64,000 nt of DNA from Vitrella brassicaformis CCMP3155 (GCA_001179505.1 CDMY01000241.1:62001-126000), one strand, 5' to 3'; positions 51,251 through 63,666 are shown, counted from the first letter of the stretch. Translations and numbers: made by a program. Notes: generated by a model not told the origin, from the sequence alone.

Positions 51251-53077
51251 TCAGTTGATGCTGAGTGTCACCCACTGCCCCCATTCGTCTATGCGGCCCA
51301 GCTGCTGCCACCCACCGAACTGGCAATCGGTATTGCCCAAATGCTCGTTGAAGCCCTTGTTGATGGCCCCCTCCTCAATGCCGTGTCGGGCCGCCTCGTC
51401 CAGCCGGGCCCTGTGGATCACCTCACGCACACCCAGACGGCCATGGGTGTGCACCACCTGGTGTGGGCGGCTCTCGGCCCTGATGGCGAAGCACTGCAGC
51501 GGCACCCGCACCGTCACGCCGCCCACATCGGCCGTGCCGCCCACCACCTCCCTGTTGCTGCTGGCCGCAAACACCGCTGACTTGACGAAGTGCTCAGCAG
51601 CAGCTTGCACACGGCGGGCAAGGTCGCTGTTGCGAATGGTCAGGGTGGCAGTGATGGTCTCGTTGGCGGCGTGTTGGTCGAAGCACATGGCTGCGATGCG
51701 CCAGCCGATGGCCTCTGCCTCGTGTGGGCCGTATCCAGCGGCGGCGGGGAGGGGGGCGGCGGGTGGATTGGCCAGAGATGTGCCGGGGGGCTGCAGCAGG
51801 TGGGGCAGGAGGGTGGGGAGGGACCTCATCAGGAAGGCAGCCAGCGACCGCTGAGGGGCGAGGGCCGCATTCACAGCCGCCATCGCCCCCGTGTGCACGT
51901 CGCTGTTGAGCATTCTCGTGCACTGGGGCAGCACCAACTGGCGACGACAGCGGTGCCTATCGCTGTCTGTGGGGATCCGGCCGATGTCTGCCCCACCTCG
52001 CAGCAAGCTGCGGATGAACGCCTCGCAAAGGGGAATCCTCCTAATGGCTCGGTCCCTGTCTTGTGGCGGCCTGTTGGTGTCCTGCGAAACCTCAGTCACT
52101 TCATTGAGACTGCTGGCAACCCAGACGAGCGGCGTCACGTTCGGATTGCCCGTCGTGCCTCTGTTGATGTCCGCTGGTGGAACATGGCGGCACAGGTAGT
52201 CCGCCACAAAGAGAGCACTGGCAGCTGCCGCCCAGTGCAGAGGCGTCAATGCCAAGGGGGTCAGTGCCGTCAGGTCGGCGCCGTTCTCCACCAGTAGGTC
52301 CAGATATGAATCGACGAAGCGCTGCGAGAAGCGCTGCGAGAAGCGGCTCCGCTCGTCGAAAAGTGCCAAGTGGATCAGATTCCGGCCACCTATGTCTCGT
52401 TCGGTTGCGAGTGTGGCGTCGCGCTGGATGAGCCGCCGATAGATCGCCAGCAGCCGCCCCTCATAGGCGGCGGGCACCTGATGGCCCAATCGGCCGGCGA
52501 TCGGCAGTGGCAGCCGCATGACAAGGAGAGGGTCGTTCAGGGGACGGCCATGACGACTGCGCACCGCTTGGCGCACCGCAGCACCGCGCGCCAGAAGGAC
52601 CCCCACAGCACTGTCGTTGCCCCCACAGACTGCCATCCTGATGGGCCACTCGTCCCAGTGGCCCAGCGGGCGGTCCGCATCCAAGTGGGCGCCTCCGTCG
52701 ATCAGGGCGTTGATGATGTCTGCCTCCAACTCGCGTGACGACCACTGAGGCAATGCGAGTGAACCCGGGAAAACATGGGAGTCTCGGGCAAAGATTGTCG
52801 GCATGGCGCCGTCACTCAGGTTGTCGATAGCAAGAGTGAGCAGTCGATACCGAAGCCCAGGAGAGCCGCTGCCCCGCACACGGAGCCGTGGCAGACTATT
52901 TGGGTCAGCGCCATCGCGTATGAGCTGTGTGACCTGCTGCTTTCGAGTGAGGGTCCGCTGAATGACGCCCCTGGCCAGCCAGATGGTTGCATTGCTGCTG
53001 CCGTCATCCAGCAGTGTGTCGACGTCCTCGAGCCGCAGACCGCCATCAGGCTGCTGACCTTGCCCATCTGCCGCCAT
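51251..53077 (-). CDS. Intronless ankyrin-repeat protein (608 aa), lineage-expanded type
   Basis: Uninterrupted ORF with ankyrin-like motifs: WPIRMAVCGGNDSAVGVLLARGA, GRNLIHLA, GADLTA...TPLHWAA and TPLVWVA. Confidence 0.75.
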   Translation of the reverse strand: MAADGQGQQPDGGLRLEDVDTLLDDGSSNATIWLARGVIQRTLTRKQQVTQLIRDGADPNSLPRLRVRGSGSPGLRYRLLTLAIDNLSDGAMPTIFARDSHVFPGSLALPQWSSRELEADIINALIDGGAHLDADRPLGHWDEWPIRMAVCGGNDSAVGVLLARGAAVRQAVRSRHGRPLNDPLLVMRLPLPIAGRLGHQVPAAYEGRLLAIYRRLIQRDATLATERDIGGRNLIHLALFDERSRFSQRFSQRFVDSYLDLLVENGADLTALTPLALTPLHWAAAASALFVADYLCRHVPPADINRGTTGNPNVTPLVWVASSLNEVTEVSQDTNRPPQDRDRAIRRIPLCEAFIRSLLRGGADIGRIPTDSDRHRCRRQLVLPQCTRMLNSDVHTGAMAAVNAALAPQRSLAAFLMRSLPTLLPHLLQPPGTSLANPPAAPLPAAAGYGPHEAEAIGWRIAAMCFDQHAANETITATLTIRNSDLARRVQAAAEHFVKSAVFAASSNREVVGGTADVGGVTVRVPLQCFAIRAESRPHQVVHTHGRLGVREVIHRARLDEAARHGIEEGAINKGFNEHLGNTDCQFGGWQQLGRIDEWGQWVTLSIN

Positions 53078-55277
53078 GGGTCGACCTCACCCCATCATCC
53101 TGAGCTGCATGCATCGTCACACACACGCAGACATGCATCGGTTCTCCCTTCACACTCTCTCGGTCTCTGTGCATCCATTCGCACCTTATTGTGTGTGTGA
53201 TGCATCGAGTCAGTCTTCCTTGCCGTCACTACCCGCGCCGTGATGAAGGAAGGCAAGCCCACGGGTAAGATGTCGTGCAAAGCACACAGAACAACACACA
53301 GTGTCGCACCAATGCCCGCAGACCCCACGGCGCAGACCTCCTGCCTTCACTCCTCGCACCTCGTTGGTCGGTGCAGAGTCTGGGCTTTGAGTCCAACGGG
53401 GACGCTGGAGATGGTGTGATCGACAGTATCTTGGCAGTGCCTGGCACGTCAAGCGGACAGTTTGCTGAAAACTCGGGAGGCACCAATCGCGCCTGTTGAC
53501 CCACAGCTCGCGAACGGTGCCGCCGACAGGCCTTTCCATCACTCAGAGCATTCGAGCGAGCGACCGGGCGACGCACTGGCGTTTCGCTTCGTCAGATCAA
53601 TTCATAACTACTCATAACTACTTCGGTTTGAAGCTGTCCACTAGATGATGCGGGAGTGAAAGCCTTTCCTGTGGCTTTCTGCCCCACTATCATTCGAGGG
53701 AGCGGCTGGATTGACTAATCAATTCATTTATTCATCGCATCGCCTGTCCGTGCACGCACACGAAAAAGAGACTATCGTCCTGTCGGCTTGCTCGCCTTTG
53801 CCTGTGGTAGCAATGCCGGCGGACAACCCGCCGCCAAAAACTCAAAAAGGCCGAGACGAACAAGTCACGCCACGCGCGAGGTCCTCTTTCCTCCTTGGAT
53901 GGGTGCACGACAGGCTGGCTGCCGGCGTGTCCACTCTGCTCTGTGAAGCCTCAGCCGTCCGAGTTGATCGACGGCGGCTGAAAAAGTCAGTCACAGTAGA
54001 CAGATGGGACGCCGGCCGGCAGCCAGCATGAATGCACCCTCACAGCAGAGACAGCAGAAAGGAACCCCCGGCCGATACCCCCATGCACACGCACGTCGGT
54101 CCACGGAGGTCAAGACAAATTGATCCCTCACACAGACACACCACACACGATACAGATGAGCTATACAGAACGCCCCTCCACATCTCTCCCCTCTCTCTCT
54201 CTCTCCCCTCTCCCTCCCCTCTCTCGCACCCATAGGGCATGCAGGCACTCGTGTAGAAGTTTGTGTGCAATAAAAGGCATGTCTGGGTGGATAAAGAGCC
54301 ATGTGGGGCATTGCGGTCAGTGTCTGCATGAAGAGGGCTCATAAAGAGCAGCGATCTCGTATGCGTGTGTGGACGGCAAGGCGAGAGAATACACACCCCT
54401 GACGGATCCCTTCATGGCAGCAATCCATCCCGCGACCTCATCATTCACTCATCAGCCAGCATCCTGCCCCTCCGGCGTGTACACCGTGTGAACAGGATGC
54501 TGCTCCACGTGGGACAGATGCGGCCACAGGCGAATCACTTGAAAGGACAGAGATAGGTTGTCATGGCGCCAGGAAAGAAAAGGCGGTTGAGTGGACCAGC
54601 ATCCTACCTGCGTCACGCGCCCTGTCACAGGCTGCCCGCCCCAGACGACGCTCGCACGATGGTTTCGGCCAACGTGCTCACAGCGTCAGGAGAAGCAATT
54701 AAAGACAAGGACGCGTGGCGCAAACAAGAACCGGAAGTAAAAAGTGAAAAACTCAATGATTGTCCAATATCCAAAACGTTCACCACATCGTGTGGGCTCC
54801 TGCACCACGTGTCATCCATCATCCAGCCACTCATTTGTGTGTCGACTAAACTCGCCCATGTGTCCCCCGTGTACGTCACGTCGACAGCAGATGTGCCCCA
54901 ATCTCAACCCCACCCTCTCGAATAAAGCGTCATCATGCATTCAAGCAGGCAGGCAGGCAGGCAGGCACAGAGCGAGTCAAAGTGGAGTCAGTCTGGATGT
55001 AAGTATGTGTGTGGGAGAGGGCGGGCAGCATGCGGCACAAGCAGCGGCTTTTCTCGCTGCCGCACGCACCAATTCGTCTCGTGTGGGCAGGTGGGCGGGC
55101 GAAAAGGAAAGAGACGCCGGCCGGATGCATGAAAGGCCCAGGCAGTCCGAATAAAGGAGGCAAACGGAACATTGACAACCGAGACAGGCAGCACAGCACA
55201 GCATCCACGCACCAGGAGGTCGATCGCATTCGCGAAGACCTCCCTAGTGACTACACTGCGCCCTGCGTCGTCCTCAC

Positions 55278-58200
55278 TTAAGACGTCTGGACAGTCGGCT
55301 CCTTGAGCATCACAACACCCTCGGGCGTCAGACCTAGCACCACACAGAGACACGAGACACATTAACGATGCACGAAAGCATCATGGAATGGGTAAGTGTT
55401 TCTTTGTGTCTGACATACGCACATACCCGAGTTGTGGAGGACGATTTCGAGTTTGCCTGACTCGGGGTTCCGCCTGTAGAGGTAGGTGAACTTGGCGTGG
55501 GCCCTCTTCTCGCTGCCGTCCTTCTCCCAGAAGAGAAAGTCGTAGTAGCCGTTGTACGCCACCTTGCCGTTGCCCAGCTGGATCAGGTCCTCATCGGTCA
55601 CCTTGGGCGGGAACTCCGGCTTGATCTGATTGATTGATTGATGCACACACGCAGCGGGAGAAATGTTCGAGCCGCCATCAACCATGTGTCTGTCTCTGTG
55701 TCTGCCGGTGCGTGTCAGTCAGTGTGTCTGGCGTGTCTGTCTGGGTGACCTGTTTCCTGTCGAGGAAGCTCTTGAAGTAGTCGAGGATGGTCTCGCCGGT
55801 CTGGCGCGCGCCGATGCTGCCCGTGTCGACAGTGCCGAGCAGGTTGCCGGGGAGAGACGCGTCGTTGCTGTAAAGACCCACCACTGTGTCGGGATTCAGT
55901 GATTGAACTGAACACACACACACACACACACATACACACACAGAGAGAGAGAGAGAGAGAGAAGGAGATGAGCGAGCCGTTCACGTCTTAGTTGGTCATG
56001 TCGCTCACCGGCGGCGATCCACTGGTCCCTGGCGGTCTCGACCTCGGCGGCAGAGACCTTGTTGGGCGAGGGGAGCTCGATGACGCCCTCGGGTGTGAGG
56101 CCCGAGTTGTGGAGGACGATCTCGAGCTGGTTGTTCTTGGCGGGGTTGCGCTTGAAGACGTACGTGAACTTGGCGTGCGCCTTGGTGTGCGAGGCATCCT
56201 TGTTCCAGAAGAGGAACTCGTAGTAGCCTGACACACACAGACAGAAAAACAGAGCACACACATGGACCGAAGGCTCTTCTGTCTGCCCGTCGATGTGCGG
56301 TTTGCTCTCTCACCGTTGTAAGCGACCATTCCGTTGTCGAGCTGGATGAGGTCGTCGTCAGAGATGGCTTCGGGGAAGCAGGGCTGGATCTTCTCCTTGT
56401 CAAGGAAGCTCTTGAAGTAGTCCAGGATCGTCTCACCAGACTTGCGCGCACCAGTGGCCATTGTGTCAACGGTGCCTGACACAACCAACCACACACATAC
56501 ACGCCGAGCGATAGTACACGTTTGTCTACACGGCGGCTCACTCACCGAGGAGGGCGCCGGGGAGCGTGGCGTCGGCCGAGTAGAGGGAGGCGACCTTCTC
56601 GGGGTTGAGCGACTTGACTGCGGCCACCCAGTTGTCCCTGGCCGTCTCGACCTCCTTGATCGACACCTTCTCGGGGCGGGGCAGCTCGATCACGCCCTGG
56701 GGCGTCAGACCTGAGCAGGCCACACACGCGACAAAGCAACAATCGGTACACACATGGGTCAGGAGGCGGTGTGTGTGTGTGTGTGTGTCGCCATACCCGA
56801 GTTGTGGAGGACGATCTCGAGCTTGCCGGTCTCAGGGTTGCGTCTGTAGATGTAGGTGAACTTGGCGTGGGCCTTGAGGTGGCGGCCGTCGTGCTCCCTG
56901 CACACAAACAAACAGGACACAGCAATCAAGGTCATCGCTGTACGTCGCTGCACATGTCTGTCCTGTGCTTCTTAGGTACTGACTGACCAGAAGTAGAAAT
57001 CGTAGTAGCCGTTGTAGGCGACCATGCCGGGGCCCACAGGGATGATGTCCGCCTGAGTCACCTCGGGAGGGAAGGCAGGCTTGATCTGCACACAGAGGCA
57101 GAGGAAAGAACATTACATGTTGGCTCGTGTGTCGACGGTCCCTCCGGACGCACCTTCTCCTTGTTGAGGAATCCGACGAAGTACTCCCTGATGGTCGAGG
57201 GCGACTGGCGTCTCTTGGTCTCCATGGTGTCGACGGTGCCGAGGAGGTTGCCGGGGAGGCTGGCGTCGGCCGAGTACTGAGCCACCACTGTGTCGGGGTC
57301 CAGAGTCCGCACCGCGGCGATCCATGCGTCACGCGCCTCCTTCACCTCGGCAGGCGTGATGGGCTTCTCGGGCGACTCCAGCTCAACCAGGCCCTGGGGC
57401 GTCAGACCTGACATCACGAGAACAGCCGCAATGGGCATGGTGTGTCTGGGCGAGTGGAATGAGTGTGTCGTCGTGTGTTTTGATGATGCCCACCAGAGTT
57501 GTGCAGGGCGATCTCGAGCTTGCCGGTCTGGGGGTTGCGACGGTACACATAAGTGAACTTGGCGTGGGCCTTGAGCTGACGGCCATCCTTCTCGGTGAAA
57601 TAGAAGTCATAATAACCTTCACACACAAATAGAGCACCAGGGAAACCACCATGTGCATTGATTTGTTTCGAGCCATCTGTCTGTCAATCTGCTAACCGTT
57701 GTAGGCGACGGAGCCTGGGCCAACGTGAGCACCGACACGACAGACAGACAGAAACAAATGACCTGTCCTGAGGCGTGTTTGTCTTCTCATTGCCAAACCG
57801 ACCCTTGTCCAGCTGGATGAGGTCGTCCATCGTCACCTCAGGGGGGAAGGCGGGCTTGATCTGCACCACACCAGGCCCACCACACACAGAGGCATAGAGG
57901 GAGGGATGCACCATTCCGCTGTGTGCGTAGTAGATCACCTACCGCTGCCTTATTGCAGAAGACCTTGAAGTACTCGAGGATCGATGTGCGGCACTGACGG
58001 GCGCCGATCTCGACGGTATCAACGGTACCTGCACGCATGCCCAGCATCAAGTGAATGAATTGGCATGGACGAATGGGTGTGTCGCTGGTGTCCTACCAAG
58101 GAGCGCTCCCGGGAGAGCGGCATCAGCCGAGTACAGAGCGACGATCTTCTCGGGATCGAGCGACTCAACTGATCGCAACACAATCACGACACAACACATG

Positions 58201-58707
58201 GCAAGACAGAAAGTGAGACAGGAAATGAGACAACAAGCGCTCATGGATGTGATCAGCAGTGAGCACCACCCACACACTTGCTCGGACGCATTCCCCGATC
58301 ACTCGGTTGCATGCATGCACACACGGACGCCCTCCCTCCCTCCACCCACCTGCAGCGACCCATTCGTCGCGGACGGTCTTGACCTCAACTGGCGAGACGA
58401 AGCCCTTATAAGGGGTCTCACCGGGATGCGGCATCCCCACCTCAGCCTCAATGGCCGCCGCCTCGTCTTCAGTCACGCCGCTGCCGCTCTTGGTGAAGAT
58501 CCTGTCAAGGAAACCAGTGCTGGTCTTCTCAGCAGTGGCGGCCTCCTGGATGGCGAAATGCCTCGGCAGGGTGTGGCGGAGGTTTTTGGCCACGCGGCTG
58601 GCGAGAGGGCGGAAGGTGAACTGGAAGGCCGATGGCGCATCGCGGCTGACTGCAGCTGATGCTGTTGCTGCCGCGAGGCAGACAAGAGCGCAGATCCGAG
58701 CGGTCAT
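55278..58707 (-). CDS. Iota-class carbonic anhydrase-like protein (LCIP63/COG4875, SnoaL/CaMKII-AD fold), four tandem domains, bipartite targeting peptide
   Basis: Four repeats of W..AV.xLxPxxxVxxYSxDA.LPG.LLGTVDT...I.xYF..F..K...AYNGYYxF.F...KAHAKFTY.Y...xLEIxLHNSG. The N-terminus has a hydrophobic signal followed by AFQF and an Arg/Lys-rich stretch. All exon phases join. Confidence 0.8.
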
Positions 58708-58953
58708 CTTGTAGATCCTTCTCAAATAAGACCGGCAGTGGCGGCGGTCTGTGCGCAAAGTGTCAGAGGGGGGATGCCGGGGCAGGCGCGGGCGAGCCAG
58801 GCGGGCAGTGATCGCGCTGGGCCACTGGCACAGATTTTAGCCTCGTCCTTGTAAATGCTGATAGCTCAAAGGCGCTCTAGCCCAAACCATTCATGGGTCC
58901 TCGCCTCGTGATGACGGAGAAGAGATCTGATGTAATGCAGGCTGCATGAGAAG

Positions 58954-60046
58954 ATGCAACCCATCCGACTCACGCGGAATCGCCCTCCGCCTCCTCTTTC
59001 GGCACCCTCTGACTCCCCTCTCCCTCCCTCGTCAGCTGCCGCCTGCATCCATGTCCGCCCTCTCCGCACTCTCCGATTCTCCCCGTCTTTCCAGCGGCGG
59101 CGGCCTTTCGACCGCATGGGCGGCACTGAGCTCCGACACCTGGCTCTCAAATTCGTCGCCTGCAAGCTGCACAATGCCGAGCTGTGGCGGGGTCTGGCCA
59201 GCCGGACAGTCGCCATCGGCCGTGAGAGGCGGCTGATGAGTCCGCGCGACCTCGCCCTCATCATGAATGCCTTCAAGCGGATGGGCATCTCCGAGCCGGC
59301 GCTGCTCAGCGAGTGCGAGCGCATCGTCACCGACCGGCTGCACGAGTTCTCGGGTGAGGACCTGGCTTTAGTTGCGCTGAGCTACGCGGCCATGGAAGGG
59401 TCGACGGTGGGCTTGTTGATGACGGTGGCTGACCGGGTGTGTCAGCAGGCGGACGAGGGGCGGCCGCCACAGCAGGTCTTATCGTGGGTGCATTTGGTGG
59501 GCGCTCTCGCAAAGGCAGGGGTGCCGCATCAGGTGAGAGAAGCATTCACACACAGACAGACAGACAGACAGACGCATCACACGGCCTTCTTGATGCGGTC
59601 ATTCGGTTCCATCCAGGAGTGTTTCCAGTTCGCGGCTCCGCCCATCTGTGACGCGCTGGAGGGGAGGGAGCGCTTCGCCGGCAGGCTCATCGCCAAGATA
59701 GCCGCGTCATATGCACGGTCAGACGGGCGTACAGCGGGGAATAGGACGGACGGCTCAGACGTTGATACGTGCTCTCGTATGTGTGTCGTGATTGCAGGTT
59801 TGGGTACAAGCATGACCGGCTGCTGGAGCTGCTGGCCAAACGCATCCCTACTGTGTACCTCAGCGACGCTGAAATACTGGTAAGGACAGCACAAGTCCTG
59901 GTGCACTGTGATGACTGCGGCAACCACACCGTGTGCCCTCTTCCTGTGCCTGTGTGTGTGTGTGCAGCTGCTGCAGCGAAGCTTCAAGGCGCTGCAATTC
60001 GAAGACGGCACTCTCGACCGCATCGTGCAGCTGAGGCTGAATGGGT
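58954..60046 (+). CDS. Helical-repeat (heptatricopeptide/FASTK-like) organellar RNA-binding protein; 3' end unresolved
   Basis: Repeats about 37 aa apart: SPRDLALIMNAFKRMG, SGEDLALVALSYAAM, WVHLVGALAKAG and LIAKIAASYAR. N-terminus is Arg/Pro/Ser-rich. Confidence 0.6.
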
Positions 60047-60849
60047 GATGGAGGGCAGGAAAGGCGATGCCTTCCTCCCTTCCCTACGCCTTCAGCGTCG
60101 CCTTCACGATGCGGAGGGCAGAGAGGCGGACGGGTGGGATGGCTCCCGTCTTGATCAGACTACATTGGGTATGTATCTGTCTGTCGGATTGTCCATTGTG
60201 TACATACGGAACACTACATGAGGGGGTTGGTATGATGAGGTCTCAGCGTCTCCCATGTCATGGCTTGTCTCCTTCGCGGGGTTGACCTCTGGGAGACGAC
60301 ACACATGTGCGGCCGTCTCACACAAGTCGACTTTGGCGGGGAGACAAATCGTGAGATGATGAGAGAATGATCGGAGAGACCGATAAGATTCGATGCATTT
60401 GCAATATGCGTTCAATCATGGCTGCATCCGAGAGTCTCCAAACTGAGCCTCGAAGGTGTTCTTCCTTTGACACACATGCAATGCCACGTCATTAACCTTC
60501 CTTTCGTTCCTCTACATATCACTTCCATTCGTTCAGCATGGCTATCCATCCCGTCTACCACAGCGATATGTAGACAGCCATGCTGAAAGTCAGTGTGGCC
60601 AGCCAGAGTGATCGGCTCCACACACATGCACTCCGGCCCACCAGACGCCCACCCACCAGTCAGTTAGCCGATTGCAATCAGCTATTCTACTTACAGCAAG
60701 TGTGTGTGTGCGTGTGTGCTTCCTCCACACCGCTGCCGGCAGAGCAGGCCAGCTATGTGACATCGATACGCCGACCTGACGCCGCACACATTGACAAAAG
60801 GCGGGTCTCTCCGCCACGTGCTGACCAGCTGAGTGCGGCATGTTGGTAC

Positions 60850-63666
60850 CTATGTGCGTGTCTCGATGCTCAGGCCGATATGTTGACGTATGTGTCGTCT
60901 GCGTTTGGTGTAGGGGGCGTCGCTGAGCAGGCTGGTGACCACCACACTCCCACCACGAAACTGCGACTCCAGCTCATCCCTCAACGACCGAGATGGGCTG
61001 ACGGCCACCGGGCGGAGACCGGGGGTTTGGATGACGACCTGAGGCCACATGACGGCGGCCTTGGGCACGGCGGGGCTGCGGATGATGGCCACAAGCATCC
61101 CCAAGAGCCGTCCGAAGAAGTCGTCGACAGCCACACCAGGAGGCAGGTAGCCTAGAAATTGCACATCACACCAGGCAGACAGGCAGGCAGGCAGGCAGGC
61201 AGGGTCTTCCACTCCCCCAGTCTCGTGTGTGTATGTCCCCTACCGATCACATGGACAGTGACCTCCTTGATGGTCGGCAGGTCGTGGGTCGCCCACTCTT
61301 GCAACAGATGCCGGCTGTGCTCGACGATTCTCGACACCGACGTAGTAATCGTCACTGATTCGAACACCGTCTCCCCCTCACCGCCCCCCTCGCCCCCGCC
61401 CAGCTGGCCCTGCAACGCCTCGAGGAATGAGACGGCCACACTGAATGGCGCATCATCAAGAGCACGGAAGCGGAAATGGCGGCATTTGGGCATCTGCTTG
61501 GCGACGGCCTGGGCGAGGCAGTCGAGGGTGTCCTGGGAGAGGGGAGCCCTGGCGTCAATTTGGCTGGGGTCGCATGCGAATGTGCGGACGCGGGGGAAGA
61601 TGTTGGGGTCTGCAACTCCGTTGGTTGACGTCAGCTGTCCACCATTGTACCACACCACGTCAGCTATGGCGGCGAGCTTGCGCACGATGTCTTGAACCTG
61701 ATGACAGACAGACAGCCACGACCACGCCATGACCCGGTGCTGCGCTCTGTCGGTGGTCACCAGACGCACCTGCCGCGACTTGTCGACCATCCACCCGATC
61801 AGCGCTAGGTCCATGTGACACTCGCCGCAGGGCTTGGTGACCGTCAGCTGCTCGAGGGCCTGTGGCTGCATCACCGCCTCCACCAGTGACCCCACCTCAA
61901 GCAGCACCTCCTTGGTGAGACTGTCTGCACGATCAATGTATGGAGCCCAAAAGTGCAGGTCGCGAAGGTGTTTGCGGCAGCCCCGACTGACGAGGGTCTC
62001 ACGCAGCGCTGCCACCGTCCCGCTGCTAGCTCCTCGCAAATCAATGTGGCCGATGGACTGGAGGCTGGGCAGGGAAGGGGCCTTGGACAACAGGCCTTGC
62101 TTGTCGCTCACGGAAGTGGTGTCCTCGTCGAGCTTCTCTAGGCGGCCGCAGGTCTCCACCCATCTGGACGTCCCCTCCAGTCTGTGCAGGTCTAGGTGCA
62201 GGTCTCCATCCCTGTAAATCCACCCGAACGTCAGCACCCGCAGATGCGGCGTGTGCCACACCCGCCCGCCGGTGCGGACGGCCGCATACCGCCACGGCAT
62301 GTTGTGCACCTCCTCCAGCTGCGACAGGTCGATGGGCGAGGGGGAGGCGGGCAGCGGGTCCGCCGACACGCGAGTCGGTGGGTCGAAAGCTCCGTCCCTG
62401 TCGTCGTTGAAGCTGATGACTTTGATGGACGAAGCGGGCCTCTTATGCGCCGGCGTTGTGGCCTCGCGCGCCGCTGCGTTGCCCTCGATGATTGACACCC
62501 ACGTGCCACGTCACCAGCAGCGCACGGTGCCCAATGCGGCGTACTCGCGGGGCAGGATGGCGTGTAGGTGTGTGATGTTGGTCGCGCGCTGCCCCCACTT
62601 GTAGGCTGTTCTGAGGGGCATCCTCTCCCACAGACGGCGCACGCCGCCCTTCTTCGACGCATCGATGGTGAGGTGTGTGTAGTTGGCGGCCGCCTCGGTG
62701 AAGATGGTCTTGCCGAGGATGCGGCGACGACGCGTCAGCTCCCAGGGGTGAGTGAAGGCGAACACACTGGCGAGCTCGTCGGCAGAGAGACGGAGTCGGG
62801 CCTGCGGATTAGACACAGACAGACACATCGACACAGACAGATACGATTCGGTGTGCAGAGGTGGCGGGTCGTTGGCTTTGTGTTCTCACCGGCGGCTGGT
62901 TGGGTGGCTGTTGTCCTGATCTAGAGGTGATTCGATACCGCGGCTGCGGTGGGGCAGCGGCACTCAAATCGGAATCAGCTACGGCCGCCTGAGTGAAACC
63001 GAAAGACAACACCGAAGACAAAGAACGGTCTTCACCGCTCTCTCTTCAACTCATTGTCAATGTGCTTGTGCACCTGAGCGATGGGTTCTTCTGGCGATGC
63101 GTCGTCAACATCCATCTCACCACCACCATCACCACCACCACCATTCGCAGCAGCAGCAGCAGCAGCGGATGAGCCGGCGTCGTTCGTGTGTTGTGGGCCG
63201 TGTGAAGCGGCCGGTGCTGTGGTGGTGAGGGCTCCGACCATCTCACGCAAGGCAGACTCTGCAGCGGAGGCGTGGACGGACGCTGCTGTGAGGGACGGCA
63301 GGGCATCACCAGAAGCACTGCCGTCGCAGTGACTCGCACCACAACTTAGCTGCAGCAATGTTAAGGACGGGCAGAAGACGTTCTTCTGTCCTTTAGTGCC
63401 GAGCACGTCTCACATGCACTCACTCACCATGACTTTGTCCTGCAGCAGCCGAATCCTTTCGCGCAATGCATCCGCCTCGGCACGCAGCTGAGACCAGAAT
63501 CACAGAACCGCACGCAAGAACACTGCAAACAGGAAAGCCGTGTGTGACGTGAGCAAACGCGCAGAGCATCACGTGTGTGCGGTTGGGCTTGTTGGCTGTC
63601 TGTGTGTACCTCGCTGATGGTAGCAGCAGCTATGACCGCACCGGCCGCCTCACCCGACGCCGCCAT
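60850..63666 (-). pseudogene. Paralog 3 of the F-box-like family with an in-frame TGA
   Basis: Homologous to paralogs 1 and 2. It reads TGG TGA CGT GGC at 62511-62513, where both paralogs have TGG TGC CGC GG. Confidence 0.75.

Noticed and set aside
53700-55200. Short ORFs such as MAPGKKRRLSG (54563-54925) and MPADNPPPK
   Set aside because: No codon bias, consistent splice pattern or recognisable domain.
62511-62513. Genome-wide UGA reassignment
   Set aside because: Intact genes here terminate at TGA (the FAX-like, RING and 9529-10319 genes), and no other in-frame TGA was seen in conserved genes.
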